Virus record (IMG/VR): IMGVR_UViG_3300033067_000146
Span: 1 to 25,473 of that record
Length of the DNA: 25,473 bases
From: a virus
Taxonomy: Duplodnaviria > Caudoviricetes
Strand: one strand, 5' to 3'
Within the stretch, counting starts at the first letter, position 1. Every line of letters begins with the position of its first letter. Of the stretch, positions 1-9,626 are shown in pieces. Under the pieces are notes generated by a model, which was not told the origin of the DNA, did not search any database, and saw nothing but the letters and a program-made list of their open reading frames with translations. Made by a program: the position numbers and the translations under genes.

Positions 1-60
1 CACCCTGACCAACGGTAACCAATTCCTGTTTTCCGCTTGGGGTGTTGACTAAAAGCGTGT

Positions 61-1071
61 TCATGCGCCGACCTTTCGGATGGAGAAATAGGTGTCGTCA
101 ACGCTGGCGCCGTTTTGCAGTCCGACCGTGTGCGGGCGAATCACGTCGCCCGTGGCGAGCCTTGCGGTGATCGTCAGCGAATTGGAGATGCCTGCACCGA
201 TGCTGTACGTCTCGGCAAGCCGGTTGGCCGCGGTGATGGTAGTGATCCCAGTCGTCAACTGCGCAGAGTTGAGGGAAACACCATGCGCCTGGATTGATGC
301 GGAGTAGTTGTCTGAATAGCTGATTTGGTACAAGCCCGGGGAATTGATGGTGAACGACGCCCCAAGCGTTACCGAGTCTGCATACGTGATAGCCGTGCCG
401 CTGCTGGACAGCGTGGTGGTGAACCGCCTGATTTTTGTGTTGGTGGAACCGTGGCCATTGCCAGTGGTGACGACCACGCTGTGGTCCCCCACTGAAAAGT
501 CGAGCACCACGGCATTGAAGCCAGTGCCATCGCACTGCAAAATCGCGAATTTGCCGGTGGCCAGCGCCAGGGTGGCTGCGCCGTTGACCAGCTCTGCGCC
601 ATTCGGGTCGAGTGTGACAACACCAGTGCCGCTGCAATAGATGTAGCAGTACCAACCACTTCCCAAAGTGGCGGCAGCAGTCAGTGTCTGGCTGAAAGTC
701 CCGCTGGTCACGTCGATCAACGTCGCACGGTCAGACTGTCCCAAGATGGTGTTGCTGGTGCGGGCTGATCGAAACAGGGTTTCAATACCAAAATCCACTC
801 GCGCCCAGTTGGTCGTATCAACACTGGGATCAGTCGCCCCTGCTCCCGCGGTCTTGCGCCGGTAGTCCTGATAGTCAATCGGGCTGTAGACCACATCCCC
901 TGCTGCGTAGGTTGTTTCGCTGACCCAGATGTCAGCGCCAGCCAAGACGGCAAGTGAAATGGCATCAAACCCGGCTGCAATCGAATCAAACTCGCTTCGC
1001 ATGGTCGCGCTGACCCCGCGTGTCTGCGTGACCGGTGCTGCACTTGAATGGGAATAATAGGGATTGCTCAT
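61..1071 (-). CDS. Short tail fibre / receptor-binding protein (336 aa)
   Basis: Directly follows the nozzle gene; T/S/G-rich. N-terminal attachment-like segment (MRSEFDSIAAGFD), a CBM5/12-like motif (WVSETTYAAGDVVY...DPSVDTTNW) and a C-terminal C1q/TNF-like pattern (FTINSPGLYQISYS...RLATGDVIR...FSIRKV). Confidence 0.7.
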   Translation of the reverse strand: MSNPYYSHSSAAPVTQTRGVSATMRSEFDSIAAGFDAISLAVLAGADIWVSETTYAAGDVVYSPIDYQDYRRKTAGAGATDPSVDTTNWARVDFGIETLFRSARTSNTILGQSDRATLIDVTSGTFSQTLTAAATLGSGWYCYIYCSGTGVVTLDPNGAELVNGAATLALATGKFAILQCDGTGFNAVVLDFSVGDHSVVVTTGNGHGSTNTKIRRFTTTLSSSGTAITYADSVTLGASFTINSPGLYQISYSDNYSASIQAHGVSLNSAQLTTGITTITAANRLAETYSIGAGISNSLTITARLATGDVIRPHTVGLQNGASVDDTYFSIRKVGA

Positions 1072-1074
1072 AGC

Positions 1075-3117
1075 TTAATGCTCAGGTCGTCTGGGGATGA
1101 AATTGACCGTGTGGCCCTGCAGGGTGTGCGGGTCATCCTGATTCCGGCTGGAATAGAACAGCAGGGAAATGTTCTTTTCTGATCCATCCAGCGAGATACG
1201 CGGGTTCCCAACCGCTTGCGCATCCCAGTTGAATTGATCCCAGATCAGTTCATCCCAGTAGCTGCCAGCCTGAATCAGCGGTTTGTCGAAGGCTGCAACG
1301 CCTTGGGCGATGTCAGGATTTCCGTAGCCCAGGTCATAGGCAACGCTCAGGTTTGAGAATCCGTCGCACACCAGCTCAAGCACGGCGCTCTTGAAGTCCT
1401 TGATGATCTGGGGTGACTTCAGGTGGTTGAAGGGAAGCCTCAATACGCTGAAGATCACGCTGCCATCAAAACTGGTTCCGCTGCTTTCACGGTAGACGTA
1501 GCCGTCGTCACTGCCGAACATCGTCACTTCAGAGCCGTCTGCCACTTCCGCCGTGCAGATGCAGCGCACGGCCATGCCGTAGTCCAGCGGGAGAATGCCG
1601 CTGATCTTGTCGCCAGTCAGGCCCACTGCCAGAGCAGAACCGTTGGAGAAGTACACCCGGTACTGGTTCTTGGTCTTCAGTGTGGTTGATGCGGTCTGAA
1701 GTCCGCGGTACCGTGTCACCAGAGGCTGAACCAGATGCGAGACAGAGGCATACTCAAAGTCACCATAGTTCAGGGTGGTCTTGAGCCGCTGAATGCCCCG
1801 GTTGCTCAAAACCAGAGTGTCATTGCCGATGGATTGCGCGGTAAAGGCAAAGGCCCCGATGTCATCCACGGCAGGGACCAAGTTGAAAGTCGCCAGACTG
1901 GAGCCATACAGAATGCTGGTTGGCCCCTCGCCAAAAATGGCCAACGAAGCGCCCGAGGTGGACCCGGACTGAACGGCAAAGCCGGTGACGTTCTCGCCCA
2001 GCGCGATTTCAGCCGCACCCAGGACAGGTGTCCATGCGTAAGGCAGTCCAAGTCCACTGAGTTGGACACTTCCCAGAAAGGAATAGAACAGGTAGAACCG
2101 GTGAACCGTCACATGGCTGGGCGTGTCGGTCGTCATGCCGGTGCGAATCGGGATGTAATTTGTGCCGTCAAACTCGAAACCGAGGTTCACGCCATCCACC
2201 CCGTACATCTTCTTGGTATCGGTCGAGCCCGTGAAGTTGCCGTTGACGAACTCCATGGAGCCACCCGGAAGGCGGGTGATCGAGGTCGCCAGACTCGCAC
2301 TCGTGGCCTTGGTCACACCCGTTACCCGGATGGCTTCGCCGTTCTGCCAGGTGCCGGTGATGGTGGAAATGATCAGTGTCCCAACCCCTGATACCGTCCA
2401 CGTCCCAGAGCGAAGCATGGGTTTGACGACCAGAGCTGTCGCCCCGCTGGTCAGGCCGGTGATGGTGTTCCCAGCGAAGATTTCACCCACAGCCCCAGTG
2501 AACTGAATCTCGCTGCCAAATGTGATCTTGACCCAACCCCCGGTCGTGGCTTTGTACATGTCGCCCGCGGTCGCTGCTGCGTTGTCCCTAAAGGCATACC
2601 AGTAACCGCCGTAGTACCAGACGCCGCGAATACGGCCCGAGCCCGGCACTTTCAGCACACTGGTTCTCCAAAGGTCAGCGGCCAGGGCCTTGTAGTCGGC
2701 ATGGTCGGAAGCCGTTGCGGCGCTATCCAGCGAGACAGTGCCAATGGTCCCAACTGTGATGGATTCGCCGCTGGTGTAGGTTCCGCTCAGGGCGCCCAGC
2801 ACCAGATAGCCGGTGTACTGGTACAGCACCTTGGAGGTCGCTCCGCTCGATACCCCGGTGATGGTGTCACCTACGGCCACGGTCCCTGACAGGGTGACGG
2901 CTGCAATCCAGTAGCTTTTGGAGCTGGGAAGTGCTTGCCCGTCAAACCGTTCAACCCCGTTGATCCTGCGATACCCGCCACCGATTTCCGGCTCATAGTT
3001 CAACGCGCTGATTGCCTTGCCTGGTGGCATGGCAATCGCCTGCGTCAACATGTCCAAGCCACCACCCAAAGGCGTGTACTCGGACTTGACCGGCTGGAAG
3101 CGTGGCCGTTGTTTCAT
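1075..3117 (-). CDS. Podovirus tail nozzle / DNA stabilisation protein (P22 gp10 / T7 gp12-like, 680 aa)
   Basis: Starts with PLGGGLD...NY...GGYRRING and ends WDELIWDQFNWD; beta-rich; ATGA overlap with the adaptor gene; canonical position. Confidence 0.75.
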   Translation of the reverse strand: MKQRPRFQPVKSEYTPLGGGLDMLTQAIAMPPGKAISALNYEPEIGGGYRRINGVERFDGQALPSSKSYWIAAVTLSGTVAVGDTITGVSSGATSKVLYQYTGYLVLGALSGTYTSGESITVGTIGTVSLDSAATASDHADYKALAADLWRTSVLKVPGSGRIRGVWYYGGYWYAFRDNAAATAGDMYKATTGGWVKITFGSEIQFTGAVGEIFAGNTITGLTSGATALVVKPMLRSGTWTVSGVGTLIISTITGTWQNGEAIRVTGVTKATSASLATSITRLPGGSMEFVNGNFTGSTDTKKMYGVDGVNLGFEFDGTNYIPIRTGMTTDTPSHVTVHRFYLFYSFLGSVQLSGLGLPYAWTPVLGAAEIALGENVTGFAVQSGSTSGASLAIFGEGPTSILYGSSLATFNLVPAVDDIGAFAFTAQSIGNDTLVLSNRGIQRLKTTLNYGDFEYASVSHLVQPLVTRYRGLQTASTTLKTKNQYRVYFSNGSALAVGLTGDKISGILPLDYGMAVRCICTAEVADGSEVTMFGSDDGYVYRESSGTSFDGSVIFSVLRLPFNHLKSPQIIKDFKSAVLELVCDGFSNLSVAYDLGYGNPDIAQGVAAFDKPLIQAGSYWDELIWDQFNWDAQAVGNPRISLDGSEKNISLLFYSSRNQDDPHTLQGHTVNFIPRRPEH

Positions 3118-3806
3118 GCCAGGGCACCGCCAAATGAAATATCTGGCAACTGCTGCATTTCAAGACGATTCAGCATCCGGGCAAATTCCATTTCACCTTC
3201 GTCATAAACTTCAGGCTTGGCTTCGCTCACGCCGTAATACATCATGGCTTTGTAGACAATGGCCATGTGAAACTGCGTAGGCAAGGCGGGGGTGTCGTCA
3301 TTTGCAGCCATTTCGGTCGCCACCTTGAAGTAGTCGCCGCTGATGGTGTACCCCGCTGCCGGCGTGCAACCAAGACCAATCCCAAGGGCTGGTGTGATCG
3401 TGAACTGGGTCGGCCTTGACTGCATGGTTCGTGCACTGCCGAACTGGTAGACATCGCGCCAGTCGTCATAGTTGATGCAGTCCATGTCACATTCGCTTTT
3501 GGTCCCGATGGATGTCTGATAGTTGCGAAATGTTTCCACGTCCCAATTGCCAAAATCAGAAAAACCCGTTCCAGTCGATTGGATTTGCGCCAGGGTGTAA
3601 GTGGACTGTCCTGCAACCGTTGGAAAGCTCATGCTGTAGCGCATCCATCTCCAATTCGGATACAGCATTTGCAGGTACATCCATGCCTCATTGGTCCAGT
3701 CAACCAGTCGTGCATATTCCCCCGATTGGTTGGTAACGGATGTCACGCCAGAGCCTGTCACGCGACACTTGCGCTGGAGCCGCTGGACAATCGAAAGAAA
3801 GTTCAT
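3114..3806 (-). CDS. Head-tail adaptor / tail tubular protein A-like (230 aa)
   Basis: MNFLSIVQRL...VDWTNEAW...W.WM...TVAGQSTYTL and C-terminal DDTPALPTQFHMAIVYKA pattern typical of podovirus adaptor proteins; precedes the nozzle. Confidence 0.75.
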   Translation of the reverse strand: MNFLSIVQRLQRKCRVTGSGVTSVTNQSGEYARLVDWTNEAWMYLQMLYPNWRWMRYSMSFPTVAGQSTYTLAQIQSTGTGFSDFGNWDVETFRNYQTSIGTKSECDMDCINYDDWRDVYQFGSARTMQSRPTQFTITPALGIGLGCTPAAGYTISGDYFKVATEMAANDDTPALPTQFHMAIVYKAMMYYGVSEAKPEVYDEGEMEFARMLNRLEMQQLPDISFGGALA

Positions 3807-3824
3807 GGATGCCTCAGTAGAGAA

Positions 3825-4325
3825 TTACGCTTCAGCCCGAACGCGCTTGAGCCAGTCCATGTCCCGCGGTGTCGGGTTGACCAGTTCAAAGGGGTACTGC
3901 GCACCGACATTGCGCACGATCTTGGCGGTGTCGTTGCCATCGGCATCAATGGTTTTGACGGTCTTGACGCTGATTGGCTTGGCTCTTGCCAGTTGTTCAG
4001 CGACACAGCGTTTGACAGTAATGTCAACGCCGCGTGGCAAGTGATTGCCGAATTTTGGGTGTGCGATTTCACCATTGACACACACAGGAACGCGCGGTTC
4101 AGCGTTGGGGTCATTGGTTTCATGTAAACGGATGCTGATGCGTTCATTCTGGAAGCGCATCTGTTCGGCCCAGTCGTTACCCGCACTCATGGTGTCGGTG
4201 GCCAATTCAATCTCGGGCACGTCATCGCGCTTGAAGTCGCCGCGTGCGGGCATCGTCACATCCTTGGCTGCTGGTCCTGCCAGTTCTGCGGTGCTGGGGC
4301 TGTAACGGGGTTTCTGTTCTGCCAT
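3825..4325 (-). CDS. Phage protein of unknown function in the head-completion region (166 aa)
   Basis: GGAGAA SD upstream; VPVCVNG...LPRGVDITVKR motif recalled from proteins found between capsid and adaptor genes. Confidence 0.7.
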   Translation of the reverse strand: MAEQKPRYSPSTAELAGPAAKDVTMPARGDFKRDDVPEIELATDTMSAGNDWAEQMRFQNERISIRLHETNDPNAEPRVPVCVNGEIAHPKFGNHLPRGVDITVKRCVAEQLARAKPISVKTVKTIDADGNDTAKIVRNVGAQYPFELVNPTPRDMDWLKRVRAEA

Positions 4326-4336
4326 TCAAGTTCTCC

Positions 4337-4366
4337 AAAAGAAAAGGCCCCAATCAAGGGGCCTCT
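4337..4366 (-). terminator. Intrinsic terminator-like hairpin
   Basis: - strand AGGCCCC-TTGATT-GGGGCCT followed by TTTCTTTT; a second hairpin CCCGG-TTCG-CCGGG lies just upstream (~4377-4393). Confidence 0.75.
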
Positions 4367-4405
4367 GAAACGAACAACCCGGCGAACCGGGCTATTCACG
4401 GATGG

Positions 4406-4774
4406 TCAGGCGCGGGCTTGCCAGTAGCAAGTCTTGGATGCCAGCACCAGTGCCAGGGTGGCGTTTTGCAGCACACGGAAACCATTGCTGGTCAACGTGA
4501 TGCCACCATTGCCGCCCGTGACTTCAAGAGTGCGGGTGCCAGCGGCCACCGTCTTGAGACACGAGTTGTCGGCCATGCCTTCGTAATACTCGCCGGAAAC
4601 ACGGTCAGTCATATTGACCCACTGAACGTATTTCGGCTTGAAGCCCACGACGACTTCAACGTAGTCCGCTGCCGTGATGGCGGTAGCGTCGAAGACATCG
4701 ACGCCATTGGCAAAGGCAGGGGTGCCTTGCGATTGGTTATAGGTCAGCGTCTGACCTGCAATATTGCGTGCCAT
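4406..4774 (-). CDS. Putative capsid decoration/cement protein (122 aa)
   Basis: Small beta-rich ORF two genes after the capsid; VGFKPKYVQWVN and GGITLTSNGF motifs; AAGGA SD. Confidence 0.55.
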   Translation of the reverse strand: MARNIAGQTLTYNQSQGTPAFANGVDVFDATAITAADYVEVVVGFKPKYVQWVNMTDRVSGEYYEGMADNSCLKTVAAGTRTLEVTGGNGGITLTSNGFRVLQNATLALVLASKTCYWQARA

Positions 4775-4786
4775 GATTGATTTCCT

Positions 4787-5002
4787 TTATGCAATGGTTG
4801 TGAGAGCAGCAGGGTTCGTCAGCGATGCATAGTTCACATCGGTAACCCCTACGTCCGCGTCCAGTTTGGCTGTGATCAGCACAATGGACGCACGAAGCGC
4901 GGTAATGTCGGCCAGCATGTTCCCGAGCAACTGGCGCATTTGCTCAGTGTCCCGGTGATTGGCCAGCGCATTGGTCCGCTGTTTGACAGATTGACTTGGC
5001 AT
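4787..5002 (-). CDS. Small virion-associated protein (71 aa)
   Basis: AAGGA SD; immediately after the capsid gene; helical with ITAKLDADVGVTDVNYA motif. Confidence 0.6.
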   Translation of the reverse strand: MPSQSVKQRTNALANHRDTEQMRQLLGNMLADITALRASIVLITAKLDADVGVTDVNYASLTNPAALTTIA

Positions 5003-5081
5003 AATTTTTCCTTATTCCGGCAGGTGCACAGAGCCCATCCTGTGCCGTCAAACCGGAGGGTTAAATCTCAGGGCTGGCCGA

Positions 5082-6137
5082 TCAGTTCAGTTGAGGCGTA
5101 CCGCATTCAGCCACGGCCATGCGGCCCTGGTTCAGAATGCCGGCTGCGTAGTACCACTTGGCACCCACGTAACCGCGCTGACCGCCTGGGTCGGACTTGT
5201 CGCGCTGGGAAGGCGGCAGATACCATGCATCCCAGTTCTCGGTTCCGCCCAGGTGAATCTGACCCACGGCAGCTTCGGCCATCATGATCAACGGGTAAAC
5301 GTCAATCAGGGTGCCGGTCGTGGAAATCATGCCGGTCGAACCGATGGCAGCGCCGGTATCCGGGTAGCCAGCCAGTTCAGGCGACAGCACAAAGCGGAAA
5401 CGCTCGCACGAACCGATTTCCATTTCATGGATCGGCTTGCGTTGGGCGTAGTTCGCAATGTCCTTGAAGCCAGGCAGGTCACGAATGGCTGGTTCCAGAT
5501 CGGTATGGCAGAACACCACAAAGGCAGCTTCAATCGGCGCGGTAGCGAACGATGTTGAAGGCACCAGCACTTTCGTGATGGGCATCGCATGGTTGGCCAA
5601 CAGCGTCTTGGCAATCTTGCGCAGCAAGTTGATGGTCACGGTGTTGTTCACAGTACCCCGGCTGGAGCCGCCACTGTAGAAAGCGGTAGTTCCTGCTTTG
5701 TAGGCACCATAGCGAACCATTTCACCAATCAGGCCCATACGCTGTCCGGTCTGAAGTTTGGCTTCATCAGGGATCACGTCGCCGTCTTCATGCAGGTCCA
5801 CAGTCTGATCGGTCACGCAGTACAGCACGAGGTACTGAACCAGCGTCAACGTCACGTCAGTAGGGGTCAGAGTGTCAGCCGCAGGCGTAACACCTTCGAC
5901 CGATGCCTGATTGGATGCAAAGGAGGCCACATTGGATGCGGTGATCCACTGGTTATCCACACCACCATAGGGCAACCAACGGCGGAATTTGACGTTATTA
6001 CTCTTGTTCTTGGGAATGGTCTTGTCTTTGTCCACGCCCACGAGGGACAGGACTTCCAAGGGTGCAGCGTGAGAAAGAATTTCACCCTTGAGGGTGCCAA
6101 CGCGCTGCGAAACGCTGGAATAACTTGCGATAGGCAT
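5082..6137 (-). CDS. Major capsid protein, N4-gp56-like family (351 aa)
   Basis: IPKNKSNNVKFRRW, EGVTP, HTDLEPAIRDLPGF, EIGSCERFRFV, DVYP and DKSDPGGQRGYVGAKW motifs; follows the scaffold gene. Confidence 0.9.
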   Translation of the reverse strand: MPIASYSSVSQRVGTLKGEILSHAAPLEVLSLVGVDKDKTIPKNKSNNVKFRRWLPYGGVDNQWITASNVASFASNQASVEGVTPAADTLTPTDVTLTLVQYLVLYCVTDQTVDLHEDGDVIPDEAKLQTGQRMGLIGEMVRYGAYKAGTTAFYSGGSSRGTVNNTVTINLLRKIAKTLLANHAMPITKVLVPSTSFATAPIEAAFVVFCHTDLEPAIRDLPGFKDIANYAQRKPIHEMEIGSCERFRFVLSPELAGYPDTGAAIGSTGMISTTGTLIDVYPLIMMAEAAVGQIHLGGTENWDAWYLPPSQRDKSDPGGQRGYVGAKWYYAAGILNQGRMAVAECGTPQLN

Positions 6138-6159
6138 GATGTTTTCCTAAATAAATTGG

Positions 6160-7014
6160 CTACCGTCCGCGCTCTCGTCTGAAAGCGGAATCGGCAGCTT
6201 GCTGTTCTGAAATGACACCTCTCGCCGCCACAGAACCCGAAGGCTGGATGGCATTGGTAAGGCGTTGCTTGTTTTGCGTCTGCTTGTTGGCTGCTGTTGC
6301 ATGGGCCTCTTGAAAGGCTTTGATGGAGGCACCGATTTCAAAGGCATTGTTGGTTTCGGCCATCTTGGATTGATAGTCCGCTGGCTGTGTTGCAAGCCAT
6401 TTCCGATAGTCCGTCTGGGGAATGTTTCCCTGCTCATCAGGCAGGCCCACAATCGCATCCCAACCGGGCGTCAGACCGTTCAGCAGTTCTTTGTGAATAG
6501 CGACACGCTCATTCGATACACGCTCTGTCACCAGCGTATTGACACGTTCGTCAATTGCAGCCGGGTCGATAGATGCACCTTTGAGGTTGACTCGCTTCAA
6601 CACATTGTTCAGCGCGTTCTTGGTCATGCCAGCGAGTTCCGGGAATTCCCCGTACATCTCTGTCAAGTCCTCATCCGTCACCGTGACCTGCTCACCTTTC
6701 GGTGTGTCCTGCTGGAGTTTCTGGAATGCTGATTTCAGCGCACCATAATTCCCAGCCAGGTTGTCGATCTGCTTTCGGTAGCCATCTTTCATCGACGGAA
6801 TTTCACTTAGCAGCGCTTCTATCTCTTCCTCGGTTCGTCCGGCAAACCGTTTGGGCTCGGTGGCCGGTGGGGTTTCCTCTTCGATTTGAGGCTGATCTAT
6901 AACGGGGGCTGGTTCCTCATTGCGTGCGCTTGAAAATGCGGCAGCAGCAGCCGTCGCTTCATTGGCAGTCGTGGGTTCCAGTTGCTCTGTGACTACTCCG
7001 TTTTCCTCATCCAT
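6160..7014 (-). CDS. Capsid scaffolding protein (284 aa)
   Basis: Acidic, disordered N-terminus and helical body; directly upstream of the major capsid gene; GGAGAA SD. Confidence 0.75.
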   Translation of the reverse strand: MDEENGVVTEQLEPTTANEATAAAAAFSSARNEEPAPVIDQPQIEEETPPATEPKRFAGRTEEEIEALLSEIPSMKDGYRKQIDNLAGNYGALKSAFQKLQQDTPKGEQVTVTDEDLTEMYGEFPELAGMTKNALNNVLKRVNLKGASIDPAAIDERVNTLVTERVSNERVAIHKELLNGLTPGWDAIVGLPDEQGNIPQTDYRKWLATQPADYQSKMAETNNAFEIGASIKAFQEAHATAANKQTQNKQRLTNAIQPSGSVAARGVISEQQAADSAFRRERGR

Positions 7015-7027
7015 TTAACAGTTCTCC

Positions 7028-7053
7028 AAAAAACAAACCCGCACAAGGCGGGC
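7028..7053 (-). terminator. Intrinsic terminator-like hairpin before the scaffold gene
   Basis: - strand GCCCGC-CTTGT-GCGGGT followed by TTGTTTTTT. Confidence 0.65.
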
Positions 7054-7073
7054 AACATGCGGGGCAACTCTGA

Positions 7074-7286
7074 TCACTCAGGGTCGTGGTCCGCTACAAG
7101 TGCCGGTTCAGGGTTTTCCATTTCCAGCAAAATCAGGTCTTCCGCAATGCGCCCTCTCAGGCGTGCGGTTTGAATGGGGTCCATGTCGCCATCGTTTCTG
7201 CGGCGATGGGCGTCAATGCGCCCCTGGATGTGTTCTCGCACCTTGACCCAGACAGCGCTTTGCGCCTCAATAGGGGTCAGCTTCAC
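7074..7286 (-). CDS. Small protein between portal and scaffold (70 aa)
   Basis: GTGA overlap with the portal stop; W..V..HI..RI...R.RND...TARLRGRIAE pattern recalled from small portal-adjacent proteins. Confidence 0.7.
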   Translation of the reverse strand: MKLTPIEAQSAVWVKVREHIQGRIDAHRRRNDGDMDPIQTARLRGRIAEDLILLEMENPEPALVADHDPE

Positions 7287-9622
7287 TGCGTAAACGCCTT
7301 GCCATCAGGTGCCCTGCCCGCTGGCTCAGTGGGTGGCGTCAGCGCCTGGTTCGCGTGCTTGTGCAGGTCAACGGCGTGGGAGTCTCGGCTTAAATCCTGC
7401 TGCACTTTGAGCTTCATCGTGGTCGATGCCAGCATGGCCTTGAGTTCATCCAGCGTGATTTCCTTGGCGCTGCCCAGTTTCATGGCCTCAATGCGCTCAT
7501 TGACTTGCTGGACTATCAATTCAAGCTGGCGATCCTTGTCCGCTTCGGATGCCTCAAAATGCTGCTGGTTGATGTCCATTCTGGCTTTCGCCACGGCATG
7601 ATCTGCAGCTTCTTTGGCCTGAATCTGCTCACGTTTGATGACGCTATCAGCCTGAATCTTGGCCGCTGTGATGCGCGGGTCTTCTGGCGGTGGCCTGTTG
7701 GCCAGTTCTTTTTTCTTCTCTTCGGACAGCTTCAGGCGCTCCGGGTTGATACGCTTTGACTTCAGCAGTTCTTCAATGAACAACTCCGGGTCCAGACCGA
7801 AAGCTGGATTGCCGACAAACTGCGCCACTTGCAGCAGGAACTGATCTTGCGAAGCTCGCTCCATCAAGGCAGACGATCCCCGAGCATGGATGTTGAAGTC
7901 ACCTTTGGCCGTATCGTCTTCCCCGTATATCAGTAGGTATTCGTAGTACCGCTTGATATGAGGCTCGGTCAGCTTGTCATCGAGCATCCGGACTATGTTT
8001 CGGGGCACAATCCCTGCGTTGTTTTGCAGCATTTCCATGCCACCGACCGTCTCGGGTGCTGATCCTTGCTGACCTTGCAAAAGCATTGGCAAACCAGTCG
8101 AGTCCTCAAACATCTTCTGGAAGTAGTTGATGATGTTCATCAACTCGACCTGCATAGATGGGACATTGAAGAACATCATGGCGTGCTGGACTTGGTTGAT
8201 GTCCGCATCGCCCGCCATATTCCATGTCCACGGATCACCACCGGGCTTGATAGCCGCGCGGTTGATGACCTTGTGAGGACGGGAAGACTGCCCTGCGTTA
8301 TCCATCAGGTTTCGAACAGCAGCATTCAAGCCCAATTGCGCCGTCCTACCCTGTCGGGCAACACCGTCGCCAATCCACAAGCCGGACTTTCTTTGCCAGA
8401 CGGCCACGTCATAGGTGAACTCGCCAGAGTCCATGTGCGACAAAGCAGCCTTGACCAACCTATCATTGACCATAGTACAGATACCATGGAACACGTCGCC
8501 CGACTTACCCTGGCAGTCACAGCCTGCATCTTTCAGGTCTTGCCACTCAACCTGGCCCTCAAAGTACCAAATCTCGAACAGGTCGGCTTCGCTGCGTTCC
8601 TTGGTCTGGTTCTTCTTGGTCCCAGTCGTGGAACTCATTGGCCCTTCTTCCAGGCACTTTTCAATCTGGGATGGTATGTACCCCAACTCGGGATTGCCAA
8701 GGTCGCGCAATTTGGACCGGGTAATGAAGTCCTGCTCCCAAACATGAGAGCCTGACTTCACATCTTCGCCACAATCAGCGCTTGGGAAGAATCTCCACGG
8801 GTCAACACGGACGGATGCAGGAGAAATCTTCTTTTCAAACTCCAGTGTGAACCCTCCATCTGCCTTGCGGACAGCCTTTGAGGCCATCGCTTTTGGGATT
8901 GGTCCTTTCATGACGCACGTCCCAATTCGGGCCATGTCGTGAATAGCTTTCCTCAACTCGCCGTTGTATCCGGCTTCCTTGAGCCAGTCGTCAATCTGGG
9001 TACGCGCTTTCTTCCAGCACTCATTGGCGGCATCAATCGTTTTTTGAGCCTGGTCGGCTACCGTAACGGGAACCGGCTGAGTCAGCGACTGACCATCGGG
9101 GCCAACCATCGGTTGACCTTGCCCCATGACAGGAGCCTGTCCACCCAGAATTGGCTGGCCATTTGGATCAACTGCTGGCGTTTCATCTTCCAGTGCCTTG
9201 ACCAGTTCAGGAATTGGTGTGGGCTCGCCATCCCAGTTCCGGTCATCGGTCGGCATGTACATGTCGCTGATGCGTGCTGCGGCGATGTCCACATAAGGAC
9301 GGGTCAGTGGGACAAATACCGTGCTGCGATTGGTTGACCTGTCCGGGGTCTTGGTTGGTCCCGTTCCGGTTCCGCTAAAGTCGTATGGCTTGGTACGCGA
9401 AGCAGTTGTTCTGTTGGCGTTGTCGATGGACTCGTAGTGGTCTTCATCTTCCTGCCACTGGTCCTCAATGCCAGACTGCTGGCGCGCCTCTATAGCTGCC
9501 TTGCGAAGAGAGCGAAGCGTGTTGGAAAATGCATCCATCCGCATGATTTGCGCTTCTTGCGCACGCGCCTGATCCTCCATCGGGTCTGCGCTCACGATGG
9601 ATTCAATCAAGTCATCAGTCAT
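7283..9622 (-). CDS. Portal protein with long C-terminal coiled-coil (779 aa)
   Basis: GIEDQWQED, RSTVFVPLTRPYV, GTCVMKGP, RVDPWRFFP, ETVGGMEML, GDFNIHARGSSALM motifs; GGAG/AAGG SD; precedes scaffold and capsid. Confidence 0.9.
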   Translation of the reverse strand: MTDDLIESIVSADPMEDQARAQEAQIMRMDAFSNTLRSLRKAAIEARQQSGIEDQWQEDEDHYESIDNANRTTASRTKPYDFSGTGTGPTKTPDRSTNRSTVFVPLTRPYVDIAAARISDMYMPTDDRNWDGEPTPIPELVKALEDETPAVDPNGQPILGGQAPVMGQGQPMVGPDGQSLTQPVPVTVADQAQKTIDAANECWKKARTQIDDWLKEAGYNGELRKAIHDMARIGTCVMKGPIPKAMASKAVRKADGGFTLEFEKKISPASVRVDPWRFFPSADCGEDVKSGSHVWEQDFITRSKLRDLGNPELGYIPSQIEKCLEEGPMSSTTGTKKNQTKERSEADLFEIWYFEGQVEWQDLKDAGCDCQGKSGDVFHGICTMVNDRLVKAALSHMDSGEFTYDVAVWQRKSGLWIGDGVARQGRTAQLGLNAAVRNLMDNAGQSSRPHKVINRAAIKPGGDPWTWNMAGDADINQVQHAMMFFNVPSMQVELMNIINYFQKMFEDSTGLPMLLQGQQGSAPETVGGMEMLQNNAGIVPRNIVRMLDDKLTEPHIKRYYEYLLIYGEDDTAKGDFNIHARGSSALMERASQDQFLLQVAQFVGNPAFGLDPELFIEELLKSKRINPERLKLSEEKKKELANRPPPEDPRITAAKIQADSVIKREQIQAKEAADHAVAKARMDINQQHFEASEADKDRQLELIVQQVNERIEAMKLGSAKEITLDELKAMLASTTMKLKVQQDLSRDSHAVDLHKHANQALTPPTEPAGRAPDGKAFTQ

Positions 9623-9626
9623 TGTT

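Noticed and set aside
1-52. Possible 3' end of a convergent + strand gene (TLTNGNQFLFSAWGVD*)
   Set aside because: Only 16 codons are visible, too short to support; flanking sequence is needed.
61-400. DGR variable region at the tail fibre C-terminus
   Set aside because: No second near-identical copy (template repeat) and no reverse transcriptase seen in the window.
3803-4186. Alternative-frame - strand ORF (127 aa)
   Set aside because: Overlaps 3825..4325, which has a clear SD and a recognisable motif.
5050-5100. Capsid C-terminal frameshift or readthrough extension
   Set aside because: No slippery heptamer near the stop, and in-frame readthrough would hit TAA after six more codons.
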